Of a stretch of 39,092 bases of DNA, positions 15,415 through 25,554 are shown one piece after another. A program made the translations under genes and the position numbers. This stretch comes from Candidatus Micrarchaeota archaeon (GTDB lineage Archaea > Micrarchaeota > Micrarchaeia > Micrarchaeales > CABMGC01). The notes beneath the pieces were generated by a model that was not told the DNA's origin, ran no database searches, and was given only the letters and a program-made list of their open reading frames with translations. The stretch covers positions 1 to 39,092 of the forward strand of contig JAJYXH010000075.1 in NCBI GenBank assembly GCA_021791075.1. Reading direction: 5' to 3'. Positions within the stretch are counted from its first letter, which is position 1, and each line of letters opens with the position of its first letter.

Positions 15415-16824
15415 CTAGGCCGTGCCCGATAGGTAAGAGCCTGCATTGCCGATCACGTGTATCAGCGGCTGCGGGAATATTCCGAAGACAAATACGATCA
15501 ATATGCACAGCACCACCACGACCCAGATGCCCCTGCCAAGCCCTATCTTCTGCGCATCCTCCTTTGTTGCGTACGCCGCTAGTATCGGCCTGGCATAGTA
15601 GTATATCGATATTATGCTGTTTATTATGCCGATTATCGCGAGCCAGAGGAGCCCGGCGTTTATCGCGCTCACGAAGAGGAGGAACTTGCCGATGAAACCC
15701 GTGGTGAACGGAAGGCCTATCAGGGAGAGCATGAAGAGCGCCATCGCGAACGCGGCGAGCCTGTTCTCGTCCTTGAGGCCTATCAGGTCGTCTATCTCGG
15801 TCCTGTTCCTCGACTCGAGCCATGCGACTATTGCGAGAAGGCCTATGAAGAGGATCATGTGCGAGAAGATCTGGAAGAGAGCTGCCGTTATTCCCGCCGC
15901 GCTTGCAGTGGCGATGCCTATCATTATGTATCCCGCCTGCGAGATCGACGAGTATGCGAGCATCCTCTTCACGTTGCGCTGCATTATCGCGACCAGGTTC
16001 CCGTAGAACATTGTCAGGACCGAGAGTATGGCTATTATCATGAATGCGGAGCCGTACGATACGAAGAGGAGCATCATTATCTGGATCAGCGCAGCGAACC
16101 CGACCTTCTTGTTTATTCCTCCGAGCATCGCCGTTGCGTAGGCTGGAGATCCCTCATAGACGTCCGGGATCAGCACGTTGAACGGGAAGATCGAGGCCTC
16201 GAAGCCCAGTGCCGCGATGAAGAGCACAACGGCGAGAATCAGTATGTCTGTCTGCTGTCCCGCCTGATGCAGGCTTATGCTGTTCGTTCCGCCGTAGAAG
16301 ACGACGATCGCGAACGAGAGTATGGCTATGCCTATGGAACCCATTATGAAGAGCTTTGTTGCGGCCTCGAGGCTCTTTCTTGACAGGAGTATCATGAACA
16401 CGGTCGGTATGGTCAGCAGCTCAAGGCCGATGAATACCGTTACCAGCGAGAGCGAGGACGCGACCAGGTAGATTCCCATCAGCGAGAAGGATGCCATTAT
16501 GGAGAAGTCATCAAACCGCGGTGCGTAAGAGTACGCTATCTGGGTGACGAGAAGCAGCCCGAAGGTCATTATTGCCATGAAGAAGAGCGAGAACGGATTT
16601 ATCGAGATCACTCCAAAGGCTGTCGCCGTGGAGTTGCTGTAGAGCATCCAGCCCAGAAGCGCAACGAGAAGTATCATGACCACGGTGTTGTATGCAAAAT
16701 TGAGTTTCTCCCTGTTTGTCATCCGTATTATTATGTTTCCGAGGACCAGCAGCGCCGCTAGTCCGAACAGGATGTGGGGCAGTGTTGCAAGCCCGATTAT
16801 CTGCGATATGCCGAATGCCATCAA
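15415..16824 (-). CDS. nuoN: Complex I-like antiporter subunit N
   Basis: FIGLEL, EAATK, PDVYEGSP, KRMLAYSSISQAGY, GLPFTTGFIGKF. Confidence 0.92.
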   Translation of the reverse strand: MMAFGISQIIGLATLPHILFGLAALLVLGNIIIRMTNREKLNFAYNTVVMILLVALLGWMLYSNSTATAFGVISINPFSLFFMAIMTFGLLLVTQIAYSYAPRFDDFSIMASFSLMGIYLVASSLSLVTVFIGLELLTIPTVFMILLSRKSLEAATKLFIMGSIGIAILSFAIVVFYGGTNSISLHQAGQQTDILILAVVLFIAALGFEASIFPFNVLIPDVYEGSPAYATAMLGGINKKVGFAALIQIMMLLFVSYGSAFMIIAILSVLTMFYGNLVAIMQRNVKRMLAYSSISQAGYIMIGIATASAAGITAALFQIFSHMILFIGLLAIVAWLESRNRTEIDDLIGLKDENRLAAFAMALFMLSLIGLPFTTGFIGKFLLFVSAINAGLLWLAIIGIINSIISIYYYARPILAAYATKEDAQKIGLGRGIWVVVVLCILIVFVFGIFPQPLIHVIGNAGSYLSGTA

Positions 16825-18608
16825 GCCACCATGTATACGTATGCGAGCAGGAAGATCAGGCCTATGATAAAGATGAATGCATACGGATTGATCGCCCCTA
16901 CAGAGATCCTCCTGAAACGCGACGCTATGACTATTACCGTGTGACCAAGGTAATCCAGGGCCGTGTTGAGCGAGTCGTCCAAGAATCCTATCCCGTCACC
17001 GATATAGTATACGAACTTGGCCAGAAGGTTGTAGACCGCCATGAAGACCATGTGGCTATAGACCAGGGGCTTGAGCGGCCCCATCCCGACCCGCGAGAGC
17101 CTCTTCGGGTATCTCGACGCGTAGACGAGATAAGATATCACCGCCCCAGCAATTATGAGAACCGTGAAGATTATGGCATCGTATAGTCCTATTCCCAGCG
17201 GCAAGCTGTTCGAGAGGTAGGGTGCAGACGCAGCGCCTTGGGAGAGAAACCTCTCTATGCCAAGGAAGATGACCGATGCCGCAACGGTGCCCAGCGCCAG
17301 CAGCGCTGCAGGATAGACGATGCGCCTCGACTCTCCGGAATACCTGATCTCAACCCCCACTCCTGCAGGCCGCTTAGATACGTTGAAGAACCACCTGAAT
17401 ATGTAGAAGCTCGTTCCGAAGCCCACGAGCGAGATTATTACGTACACGAGCATATTGCCAAAGATCGTGGTATCAAGGCTCGCCGCTGCAAAGAAGCCAG
17501 AGAGCGGGAAGAAGCCAGCCAACGAGAGGACGCCTATCAACGTCGATGCAAAGAGGAGCCTGTTCGATCTGAGCCCGGACACGTTCCCGAGATGCTCCTC
17601 ACTGGTCGATCTCATTATCGAGCCGGAGCTTAAGAAGAGAAGCGCCTTGTAGAAGCTCTGTATGACGAAGAAGTATATCGCGGCGAATATCGCACCCACG
17701 CTTACGGCGATCAGCATCAGCGCAAGCTCCTGGACCGTGGAATATGCAAGCACCTTCTTTATCTGCGTCTCCTTCATCGCATTCAGGGTGGAGATGACAG
17801 CGGTGATTATCCCCACCACGAGTATAACCGGAAGCACATTGGCGCCATATAGGAGCGGAAAGAGTATTATCGCGGCAAAGACCCCTGCCTTGACCATTGT
17901 GCTCGAATGCAGGAACGCGGATACCGGGGTGGGCCCCTCCATTGCCTCTGGAAGCCACTCCTGGAACGGGAACTGCGCCGACTTCGTGAATATCGCAAGC
18001 AGCAGGAGCAGAACCCCCGCATAGAGCCTTATCGGTATCACGGCTGGGACGGATGCAAGTATCGTGGAGAACTCAAGGCTTCCGAAGTAGCTCCAGAAGA
18101 TCACGATCGCCGCTATCAGCGCTATGTCGCCTATGAAGACGGTCGTTACGGCAAGCCTTGCGGCCCTGTTGGCCCTGTCCCTGACGTGCCAGAACCCTAT
18201 GAGAAGGTAGCTTAAGAGGCTGAGGAACTCCCATGCTATGAAGAGGAGTATGAAGTTTCCGCTCATCGCGAAGATGACCATCGAGATCTCGAATGCGAGC
18301 ATCTCGGCGTAGTACCTCCTCTGCTCGCTCAGCAGCTCCATGAACGCCGATGAGTATACCATTATCAGCGAGCCTATGAAGAGAACGACGAAGAGAAGCG
18401 CGAGATTGAACTGCTCTATGGTCATCGTTATGTTGAAGGTGAAGTTGCCTATGATGAACCACGGGAGCGTAGTCGTGCCGTACGAAATGAAGTAGAGCAA
18501 CAGAAGGCCGGACATGCTCCCCACTACCGCGACGTACTTGGACCATCTCCTGTTTCCGGACAGCAGCACAACCGCTAGTGCAGCAAGCATCGGCACTACC
18601 AGCAACAA
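16821..18608 (-). CDS. nuoL: Complex I-like antiporter subunit L
   Basis: WEFLSLLSYLLIGFW, KSAQFPFQEWLPEAMEGPTPVSAFLHSSTMVKAG; TTG start uncertain. Confidence 0.92.
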   Translation of the reverse strand: MLLVVPMLAALAVVLLSGNRRWSKYVAVVGSMSGLLLLYFISYGTTTLPWFIIGNFTFNITMTIEQFNLALLFVVLFIGSLIMVYSSAFMELLSEQRRYYAEMLAFEISMVIFAMSGNFILLFIAWEFLSLLSYLLIGFWHVRDRANRAARLAVTTVFIGDIALIAAIVIFWSYFGSLEFSTILASVPAVIPIRLYAGVLLLLLAIFTKSAQFPFQEWLPEAMEGPTPVSAFLHSSTMVKAGVFAAIILFPLLYGANVLPVILVVGIITAVISTLNAMKETQIKKVLAYSTVQELALMLIAVSVGAIFAAIYFFVIQSFYKALLFLSSGSIMRSTSEEHLGNVSGLRSNRLLFASTLIGVLSLAGFFPLSGFFAAASLDTTIFGNMLVYVIISLVGFGTSFYIFRWFFNVSKRPAGVGVEIRYSGESRRIVYPAALLALGTVAASVIFLGIERFLSQGAASAPYLSNSLPLGIGLYDAIIFTVLIIAGAVISYLVYASRYPKRLSRVGMGPLKPLVYSHMVFMAVYNLLAKFVYYIGDGIGFLDDSLNTALDYLGHTVIVIASRFRRISVGAINPYAFIFIIGLIFLLAYVYMVA

Positions 18609-18618
18609 CGGGAAGATC

Positions 18619-18927
18619 CTACCACCTCATCTTCGACAGCTTCGAGACGTCGAAGTCTATTCTCCTGAACTTCATGTACACGTAGAACGTTATCAGCGTG
18701 ATTATCTCTACCGCTGCCACGGCCCATATGCTTATCAGCAGCACCATCGCTCCGGGATTGACGGCGTTGTTGGACTCGAAGAACGCGACAAGGGCTATGG
18801 TGCTCGCTAGGAGTATGAGCTCTATGCCGAGCATTATCACTATGAAGTGCCTGTCGGTGGCGAGCCCGGCCATCGCCACCCCTATCAGGGCGACGGCGAG
18901 CGCGAATACGTATGCGAGCACTATCAT
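18619..18927 (-). CDS. nuoK: Complex I-like subunit K
   Basis: 3 TM helices, GIELIL and VAAVE glutamates; operon position. Confidence 0.9.
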   Translation of the reverse strand: MIVLAYVFALAVALIGVAMAGLATDRHFIVIMLGIELILLASTIALVAFFESNNAVNPGAMVLLISIWAVAAVEIITLITFYVYMKFRRIDFDVSKLSKMRW

Positions 18928-19409
18928 CAGGTCACCACCTTCGTAAACTTCTTGAGGAAGAGCACGCTTCCTACCGCAGCGGCGAAGAGGAGAACCACCA
19001 CGGCGAAGAGTATGAAGTAATAGCCCTGCAATGCCGGCCCGAAGGCCGAGACCATGCCATAGCCGTTAGGGCTTTCCTGCCCGACCACCCTATAGGTGAA
19101 CGCGTAGAGGCAGAAGACCAAGACTATGGCCACCACGAAGAAGGTCCTGTAGCTTACGTACCTCCTCTGCTTCTCCTCGTATGCGATCGCGACCATCAGG
19201 TAGGTCGAGAGCCCCCCGACAAATATGAGCAGCTGAAGCATGGCGACAAAGACCTGCCCGAGCAGCAGGAAGACCAGGGCGCTTCCGATGAATGCGGTTG
19301 TCAGCGCAAGTATCGCGTGCACCAGCCTTCTTGAGAAGAAGATGAACAGCGAGGATACTATCATGAGGACTGAAACAGCCGCGAATGCGATATCGTATAC
19401 CCCAAGCAT
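18927..19409 (-). CDS. nuoJ: Complex I-like subunit J
   Basis: LVHAIL, FVAMLQLLIFVGG; operon position. Confidence 0.88.
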   Translation of the reverse strand: MLGVYDIAFAAVSVLMIVSSLFIFFSRRLVHAILALTTAFIGSALVFLLLGQVFVAMLQLLIFVGGLSTYLMVAIAYEEKQRRYVSYRTFFVVAIVLVFCLYAFTYRVVGQESPNGYGMVSAFGPALQGYYFILFAVVVLLFAAAVGSVLFLKKFTKVVT

Positions 19410-19415
19410 GAAAAC

Positions 19416-19775
19416 CTACTCCAGCTCCTCCGGCCTCTTCAGGAGCTCCCTCTTGTCGTAAGCCTCGTAAGAGTAGTCCTTCGAGAGCGTCAGGCATTTA
19501 GGAGGGCAGACCTCCTCGCAGAGCGCGCAGAAGAGGCACCTCTCGTGGCCGACCTGCGGCATGACCTTCCTTCCCTTGTCGGTGAGAACGTCAACCATCG
19601 TTATGGTCTTGTTCGGGCAGATGATCTCGCAGGCCCTGCAGCTTATGCAGGTGCTCATGTCAAGCCTCAGGCTTCCCCTGTAGCTGTCGGGCAGAGACTC
19701 CCTCTTCTCGGGAAACTCCACGGTGGACCGCTTCTCCCCGAGGGCCTTCATCGCGCGCAATATCGGTCGTATCAT
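19416..19775 (-). CDS. nuoI: Complex I-like subunit I (2x[4Fe-4S])
   Basis: CISCRACEIICP and CLFCALCEEVCP. Confidence 0.93.
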   Translation of the reverse strand: MIRPILRAMKALGEKRSTVEFPEKRESLPDSYRGSLRLDMSTCISCRACEIICPNKTITMVDVLTDKGRKVMPQVGHERCLFCALCEEVCPPKCLTLSKDYSYEAYDKRELLKRPEELE

Positions 19776-19779
19776 GCCA

Positions 19780-20814
19780 TCAGATCGCGAACAGTATATA
19801 CACCAATATAAGGTTTAATAAGGAAAGGGGAAGGAGCCACGTCCATCCGAACCTGAGTATCCTGTCTATTCTCATCCTCACGGTTGCTGCCCTTATTATT
19901 ATGACAAATAAGGCTATGATGAAGGCCTTCAGAATGAGCCACACCACTCCGGGGAGTACGGGCCCGAGCCATCCGCCTAAGAACAGCATCGCGATGAGCA
20001 GGCTTCCAAGAAATACCTTCGTGTAGTCGATGAAGAGCGCTATCGCGTAGTAGGGGCCGCTGAAGTCAGTGAGCCATCCCGCTATCAGCTCCGAGTCGGC
20101 CTCCCTGAGGTCGAACGGCGGCCTCTCCATCTCCGCGAGCATTGCCACGAAGAAGACGAAGAGCCCGATCGGCATTGCGATCGCGAAGTAAGTGAATCCG
20201 GCCTGCGCGGATATTATCGAGGCAAGGTTGAAGCTCCCCGCGGCGAGGGCGATGGCGGCAACGACTATCACCATCGGAAGTTCGTAACTGACCAGCATGA
20301 GCACTGATCTCTGCGCGCTTATGTCCGCGAACTTGTTTCCCGTCGCGAATCCGGCTATGAATACGGCTAGAGGAAGGAAGGCTATTATGACGAAGATTAT
20401 CAGGAGGCCAAGACCCAGATTGGTTGCCTGGAGGCTCTGCGAGAGCGGAAGCAGCAGTATCAGGAATGTCGGTATCGCCAATAGCAGGATCGGGGCAAGC
20501 TTGACGAGCAACCTGTCAGAGTTAGCCGGCGTTATGTTCTCCTTGGCGAGCAGCTTTATTATGTCGGCGAGGTTCTGCAGTATGCCGTACTTTCCTACGT
20601 ATGTAGGGCCGTGCCTATGGTGGATCTTGGCTATGACCTTCCTCTCCACCCATCCGAATATGTAGGCGAAGATGGAGATCATTATCATTACGGCTATCGC
20701 ATAGATGATTATGGCCGCGGAGTAGAGGAGTACGCTTCCGGAGCCTGTCCACGCCTGCCACCACGAGGCGATCGGGGAGAGCACCGAGTAAATTATGAGG
20801 CTATCTATCAACAC
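19780..20814 (-). CDS. nuoH: Complex I-like subunit H
   Basis: ERKVIAKIHHRHGP, ADIIKLLAKE, ERPPFDLREADSELIAGW. Confidence 0.95.
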   Translation of the reverse strand: MLIDSLIIYSVLSPIASWWQAWTGSGSVLLYSAAIIIYAIAVMIMISIFAYIFGWVERKVIAKIHHRHGPTYVGKYGILQNLADIIKLLAKENITPANSDRLLVKLAPILLLAIPTFLILLLPLSQSLQATNLGLGLLIIFVIIAFLPLAVFIAGFATGNKFADISAQRSVLMLVSYELPMVIVVAAIALAAGSFNLASIISAQAGFTYFAIAMPIGLFVFFVAMLAEMERPPFDLREADSELIAGWLTDFSGPYYAIALFIDYTKVFLGSLLIAMLFLGGWLGPVLPGVVWLILKAFIIALFVIIIRAATVRMRIDRILRFGWTWLLPLSLLNLILVYILFAI

Positions 20815-21892
20815 AGGCCATCACCAAGTCAAGAGTTCCCATTATCGCGAAGAGGTCCCCGAGCCGGTGTCCCTTCGCCATGTGGGGCAGTGCAGAGAGG
20901 TTTACGAAGTTGGGGGAGCGTATGGAGAGTCTGTATGGCTTTTGCGGATCGGCGACCATGTACATCATGGCCTCGCCTCGCGGGCACTCCCTGCTGACCG
21001 TCACGGTTCTGTTCTTTGCCGCCGGCCCGATGAGCTTCACCGGCATTCCCTTCGCGTCCCCTTCCGGGATCTGCCTGAGCGCCTCGCGGATGAGCCGCGC
21101 GCTCTCCCTGATCTCCATAATCCTCACCCTGTATCTCGCGAGGTTGTCTCCCCTGTTGTCCGTCTGCACCTCGAAGTGCAGTTTGTCGTAGACATAATAG
21201 GGCTTGGCCTTCCTCACGTCATAAGGCACCCCCGAGGCCCGCAGTACCGGTCCGGTTACGCCGAGGTCCTTAGCCTCCTGCGATGTAAGGACACCAACGC
21301 CCTTCATCCTCTCCATGAAGACCGGGTTCTTCTCCATGAAGTTCTCGTAGGCACCCAGCCTCTTCTCCATATAGTCGAGGAACTCGTTGCAGTTGTCCGC
21401 GAAGTCGGGGGGCAGGTCGAGCGTGACACCGCCGAGCCTCATGCTCACATAGAACATCCTCTGCCCCGTAGTCTGCGCCAGAAGGTCGAGCACTCTGTCC
21501 CTGTCCTCGAAACACCACATGAACATCGTGAACATCAGGCCCATGTCGTTGCACAGGGCACCGGTAAAGAAGAGATGGCTTGCTATCCTCTGCAGTTCGA
21601 GCTGTATCAGCCTGACGTACATGGCACGCTCCTTGACCTCTATGCCAAGCGCGGCCTCCACAGTTGCAACGTACGCATCGTCCATCGCCAGCGGAGCAAC
21701 GTAATCGAGCTTCTCCATGTACGGAGGGCTCTGCATGTACATCCTCGTCTCCACGAGCTTCTCCACCCCCCTGTGGAGGAAGCCTATGTGCGGCTCCAGG
21801 TTCGTTATCGTGTCACCCTCGACGTCGGCTACGAGCCTCAGCACTCCGTGCGTGCTCGGGTGCACAGGGCCTATATTGATCCTTGTAGGCAT
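20801..21892 (-). CDS. nuoD: Complex I-like subunit D (quinone-binding, no NiFe CxxC motifs)
   Basis: NIGPVHPSTHGVLRL, GFLHRGVEK, LDY, C-terminal DLVMACVDR. Confidence 0.95.
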   Translation of the reverse strand: MPTRINIGPVHPSTHGVLRLVADVEGDTITNLEPHIGFLHRGVEKLVETRMYMQSPPYMEKLDYVAPLAMDDAYVATVEAALGIEVKERAMYVRLIQLELQRIASHLFFTGALCNDMGLMFTMFMWCFEDRDRVLDLLAQTTGQRMFYVSMRLGGVTLDLPPDFADNCNEFLDYMEKRLGAYENFMEKNPVFMERMKGVGVLTSQEAKDLGVTGPVLRASGVPYDVRKAKPYYVYDKLHFEVQTDNRGDNLARYRVRIMEIRESARLIREALRQIPEGDAKGMPVKLIGPAAKNRTVTVSRECPRGEAMMYMVADPQKPYRLSIRSPNFVNLSALPHMAKGHRLGDLFAIMGTLDLVMACVDR

Positions 21893-21895
21893 CTA

Positions 21896-22282
21896 TCATT
21901 CACCATCCGCAGTCTTGTAGTCGCTGTTCCACTTGAAGCTCTTCCGAAATGGAGGCTCTGTCCCGTCCCACTTCTCCAGGAGAAGCCGCTTAGCTATCCT
22001 GCCGCGTATCTGTATCCCGAACATCTCCGAGAGCTCGCGCTCGTACCAGTCAGCGGCGGGGAACGTGTCTATCACGGTCGGAAGCCACGCGTCCCTAGGA
22101 TCGAGCTCAATCTCGAGCGTCTCGTCCTTTCCGGACTTCATCTCCCTGAGGAAGTATATCGCGGTCATGCTCCTCTCGTAGTCTACGGCCGTTATCTTAA
22201 CGAGATAGTCGTATCCGGCTCCCTTCATGCTCCGGACAATGTGCATCAGTTCGTTCCTATCGATCTTCAATCTCTCCACCAA
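21896..22282 (-). CDS. nuoC: Complex I-like subunit C
   Basis: [27 protein letters not shown]. Confidence 0.93.
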   Translation of the reverse strand: MVERLKIDRNELMHIVRSMKGAGYDYLVKITAVDYERSMTAIYFLREMKSGKDETLEIELDPRDAWLPTVIDTFPAADWYERELSEMFGIQIRGRIAKRLLLEKWDGTEPPFRKSFKWNSDYKTADGE

Positions 22283-22838
22283 GCTTATTCTGTAGTTTTA
22301 TCAGTGCAGCAAAGAGGTTCTCCGGCCTGGGCGGGCATCCGGCGACGTAGACGTCCACGGGAAGGACCTGGTCTATTCCCCTGACTATGTTGTAGCTCTC
22401 CCACCACGGCCCTCCGCACGTGGCGCACTCCCCGAACGCTATGACGTACCTGGGCTCCGCCATCTGCTCGTAGAGCCTCTTGATCTCGGGCACCATCGAC
22501 TTCGTGACCCATCCGGCAACCAGCATGACGTCGCACTGCCTCGGGGTGGCCCTGAAGAGCAGGTATCCCTTCCTCTCCGCGTCTACCCTTGCGGCTCCGA
22601 AGTCCATCAGCTCTATCGCGCAGCAAGCGAGCCCGAACTGCAGCGGCCAGAGCGAGTTCTTCCTCGACCACCTCACCGCGTCCTTCGTCGGGGGCATCGA
22701 CTTGATCAGGTCCGCGAACTTCGCAAAGACCACGTTGGGCTTCGCCTGCTTCTCGGAGACCGAGCCCGCAACGAGCAGGTCCATCTCCCTCCTGGCGTTC
22801 AGGAATTCTGGGCTATCGTGGTCTATCTCATCGCTCAT
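22257..22838 (-). CDS. nuoB: Complex I-like subunit B
   Basis: [38 protein letters not shown]; start set at ATG 22838. Confidence 0.95.
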   Translation of the reverse strand: MSDEIDHDSPEFLNARREMDLLVAGSVSEKQAKPNVVFAKFADLIKSMPPTKDAVRWSRKNSLWPLQFGLACCAIELMDFGAARVDAERKGYLLFRATPRQCDVMLVAGWVTKSMVPEIKRLYEQMAEPRYVIAFGECATCGGPWWESYNIVRGIDQVLPVDVYVAGCPPRPENLFAALIKLQNKLGGEIEDR

Positions 22839-22842
22839 CAAA

Positions 22843-23208
22843 TCATTCCCTTGCTGACTTCGCAAGCGCTATCACAAAGACCTCGAAGACGAAGCCGAAG
22901 ATGAAGAGGCCAAGTATCGCATAGTTCACCAGCGGCGCGGATGCCCTGGCCACCGTGACCCAGATAAGCATTATCGCGGTTATTATCTCAAAGGCAAGGA
23001 ACATCGGGAAGTAGTAGAGGTACTCGCCCATCACCGTCGTTCTCGATCCCCTGCTCTCCTCGGCGCTCTCATAATTGCTCTTCTTCACCCTGCTCGGCAT
23101 GTTCCCTCTCCGTATCATGATCGAAGTGAGCAGCATCAAAAGGGGCTCAAGGAGCGCCATGACGGCGAAGATGATTATGGCAATGTAAGCCGAGACCATG
23201 CTTGACAT
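22843..23208 (-). CDS. nuoA: Complex I-like subunit A
   Basis: [20 protein letters not shown]; 3 TM helices; first gene of the operon. Confidence 0.9.
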   Translation of the reverse strand: MSSMVSAYIAIIIFAVMALLEPLLMLLTSIMIRRGNMPSRVKKSNYESAEESRGSRTTVMGEYLYYFPMFLAFEIITAIMLIWVTVARASAPLVNYAILGLFIFGFVFEVFVIALAKSARE

Positions 23209-23260
23209 ATCGATGGTTAATTTAATTAACTTATCACGTCATCTTACTACTCGGAGTCTC

Positions 23261-23335
23261 GGGCCCGTAACTCAGTATGGCTAGAGTGGCGGACTTTTAA
23301 TCCGTACGTCGTGGGTTCAAATCCCACCGGGCCCG
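23261..23335 (+). tRNA. tRNA-Lys(TTT), intron-less, CCA not encoded
   Basis: GGGCCCG-TA-ACTC…GAGT-G-GCGGA-CTTTTAA-TCCGT-ACGTC-GTGGG-TTCAAAT-CCCAC-CGGGCCC-G cloverleaf. Confidence 0.96.
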
Positions 23336-23343
23336 CACAGGTT

Positions 23344-23853
23344 CTACTCGAATCCGTCAGTTTCAACTCCGGAGATCTGGGAGATCGGGGGAGGACGGAA
23401 TGCAGCCCGCCGCGATGATGTCGGGGACAGATAACCTCTCGCCCCTATTGCCAGGAGGATCAATCCGATAAACCACACGCCGGTCATCAAGATGATCAGC
23501 CCGAAGACCATAATGACGAGTGCGCCGGTCTTCTGCCTCTTGGCACCGCCGCCGTTGTTCAAATTCTGGAATCCGTTCTGCATGGTGCCCGCACTTCCCT
23601 GCCAGGCCCCGCCCTGGTAAGGGCTCGCGATGCCCTGGCGCTGCAGTCCCGAAGAAGCCATCCGACCAGTCCGGATCTGCGGGAAGTAGCTGGACGGCGC
23701 GTTCAGGAGCGCGATCCCCACTAACATGAGCAGCGCCGCGATGATCAGGAAGAGGATGCCTACGGCAAGCGCACCCTCCGCGATGCCTACAAGCCCTGTA
23801 GCGGCTAGGAAGAGCGCGAATATAACGAGGATCATTCCTAAAAGGGAGACCAT
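23344..23853 (-). CDS. Hypothetical membrane protein (two hydrophobic hairpins, Gly/Gln-rich linker)
   Basis: ORF with hydrophobic segments; TATA-like box about 30 nt upstream. Confidence 0.7.
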   Translation of the reverse strand: MVSLLGMILVIFALFLAATGLVGIAEGALAVGILFLIIAALLMLVGIALLNAPSSYFPQIRTGRMASSGLQRQGIASPYQGGAWQGSAGTMQNGFQNLNNGGGAKRQKTGALVIMVFGLIILMTGVWFIGLILLAIGARGYLSPTSSRRAAFRPPPISQISGVETDGFE

Positions 23854-23880
23854 GGCATCAGGGATACTTGGCCAATAATG

Positions 23881-23908
23881 CTTATTAATGTTGCCTTATT
23901 AATGTTGC
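23881..23908. repeat. Perfect 14-bp tandem repeat CTTATTAATGTTGC x2 in a divergent promoter region
   Basis: Read directly at 23881-23894 and 23895-23908. Confidence 0.85.
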
Positions 23909-23932
23909 TATCGATAATTATATGGTGTCAAT

Positions 23933-24343
23933 ATGGCAGCTACAAGCGGCGGAAGCAGTGGAGTGTTTACTAGTGACCTGAGCACATCGGACTTTTGGAT
24001 GCTGCTCGACAAAGGCTACATGCCTGTCGGGCTTGTGCTGGGCAATTCTGTGTACAGCATGGGCGTCGTGGGCGGGTTGGGAAGCGCTGTGAAGGGAATG
24101 TCAAAGGGGGAGGTCCCGCAGATAACAGAGCTGATGTACAATGCCAGGGAGCTTGCACTGGGCAGGATGAAGGACGAGGCCGAGAAGCTCGGGGCAGATG
24201 GGGTCATCGAGGTCAAACTCAACGTGGTGCCGATGGGAAGCTGGATGGAGATAACCGCGATAGGCACCGCAATCAAGTTCGTCGGAATCAAGGGCGGCGG
24301 GTCTGGAAACAAGCCGACCATAGTGCTTCCTCTCGACAAGTGA
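23933..24343 (+). CDS. YbjQ/UPF0145-like putative heavy-metal-binding protein
   Basis: FTSDLS, GE…TELMYNARELALGRM…AEKLGADGVI, EITAIGTAI. Confidence 0.85.
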   Translation: MAATSGGSSGVFTSDLSTSDFWMLLDKGYMPVGLVLGNSVYSMGVVGGLGSAVKGMSKGEVPQITELMYNARELALGRMKDEAEKLGADGVIEVKLNVVPMGSWMEITAIGTAIKFVGIKGGGSGNKPTIVLPLDK

Positions 24344-24347
24344 CCGA

Positions 24348-25163
24348 ATGCCAATAACAAGGGGCGAGCGGGAGAAGTTACGCACACACACTTTTAGCGA
24401 AGACAAGAAGGGGGAGTTCAGCGCCACCCACATGGTGGCTCCGGAGATCCGCCCCGGCAACGCGCTCGCGCTATCCCTTGTCCTTCTGGCGTCCAACGCC
24501 CCTGTGTTTGCACTTAACATCCCCGGGAGCCTGATACTTGCCTTCTACATCGCCCTGGTCATTGGAGCGCACTCTATACTCTGGATATCCGTGTACAGCC
24601 TTGCGTTCTTCATCCTCTGGCTACTTGTTGCCGCCCCGCTCAGTGCGCTCTCTAAGGCAAGGCTTTCAGGCATGAAGGCATCAAACCCTGCCGGATCGAT
24701 GCTGATGTCACTTGCCTATCTGGAGCCGGTTGTAGTGATCTCGTATCTCGGTGTATTGATGATCGCCTTGCACAAGCTGTACACGATCAGTCTGTACTGG
24801 GCCGCATTCATCGTCCTTCTTGTCATAGCCACCGTGCTCTACATCGCGAACCTGAATGTGTCCATCGCGATCCAGCTCATGTACGGCAAGAGGATATACA
24901 GGAACACCGCGCTGAACAGGAGCTGGCTCTTCCTAAGCGGCCAGTCTCTGCGGATGATGCTGATAAACACTGCCGCATTCCTGCCGCTGATCGTTGCAAT
25001 CCTCGCCGGTGCACTCTTCGCGGGCACACTCCCGGCATGGTACCTGGTGCCTGTGCTCTTCGTGATCGCCGATCTCTGCACCTCGTGGTGGCAGGCGTGC
25101 ACGTCGCACGTCTATTCGGAGATATCCTCCAAGATAAAGCCTATGCAGTACTCAAGGCTTTAG
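24348..25163 (+). CDS. Hypothetical polytopic membrane protein
   Basis: About 7 hydrophobic segments; starts 4 nt after the YbjQ-like gene. Confidence 0.7.
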   Translation: MPITRGEREKLRTHTFSEDKKGEFSATHMVAPEIRPGNALALSLVLLASNAPVFALNIPGSLILAFYIALVIGAHSILWISVYSLAFFILWLLVAAPLSALSKARLSGMKASNPAGSMLMSLAYLEPVVVISYLGVLMIALHKLYTISLYWAAFIVLLVIATVLYIANLNVSIAIQLMYGKRIYRNTALNRSWLFLSGQSLRMMLINTAAFLPLIVAILAGALFAGTLPAWYLVPVLFVIADLCTSWWQACTSHVYSEISSKIKPMQYSRL

Positions 25164-25232
25164 CGGCGTGAGCGGGAGTCGGCGAAGAAGGACTTCCCGG
25201 CAGGAAGCGGATTTATACCTGCGCTTTCCAAC

Positions 25233-25445
25233 ATGTGTCAGTCACACGGGTCCTCGTTGTCCGAGGTAAGATCAGTGCATGCCAGAACTACCGTCAACAT
25301 CGCGGTGCTCTCCCAGTCACCGCTTATCCTCACCATGGCATACGCGCATCCAGTAACTCCGCTATCGATTGTCAATTCCTCCATTCCGGTGCCTGTCGGC
25401 ATAGTCAGCTACGGTCTATACAACGTCTCCAATGTCATCTGGACC
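25233..25445 (+). pseudogene. N-terminal fragment of a thermopsin paralog
   Basis: VTPLSIVNSSIPVPVGIVSYGLYNVSN vs VTPLSIFNSSIPMPVGIASYGLYNVSN in the 26125 gene; 29-nt identical run CAGCTACGGTCTATACAACGTCTCCAATG; similarity then stops. Confidence 0.75.
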
Positions 25446-25554
25446 GCATACAGGAAAGGCAGACACTCTGCCATATCTGATCCTGCAATGCGGCGCAGGA
25501 TCGTACGCTCAAGAGAACGATAGTATTACATATAATACCAATGTACTCTATATT

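Noticed and set aside
20801..21892. Group 4 [NiFe] hydrogenase large subunit
   Set aside because: No N- or C-terminal CxxC nickel ligands; quinone-site His/Tyr motifs are present
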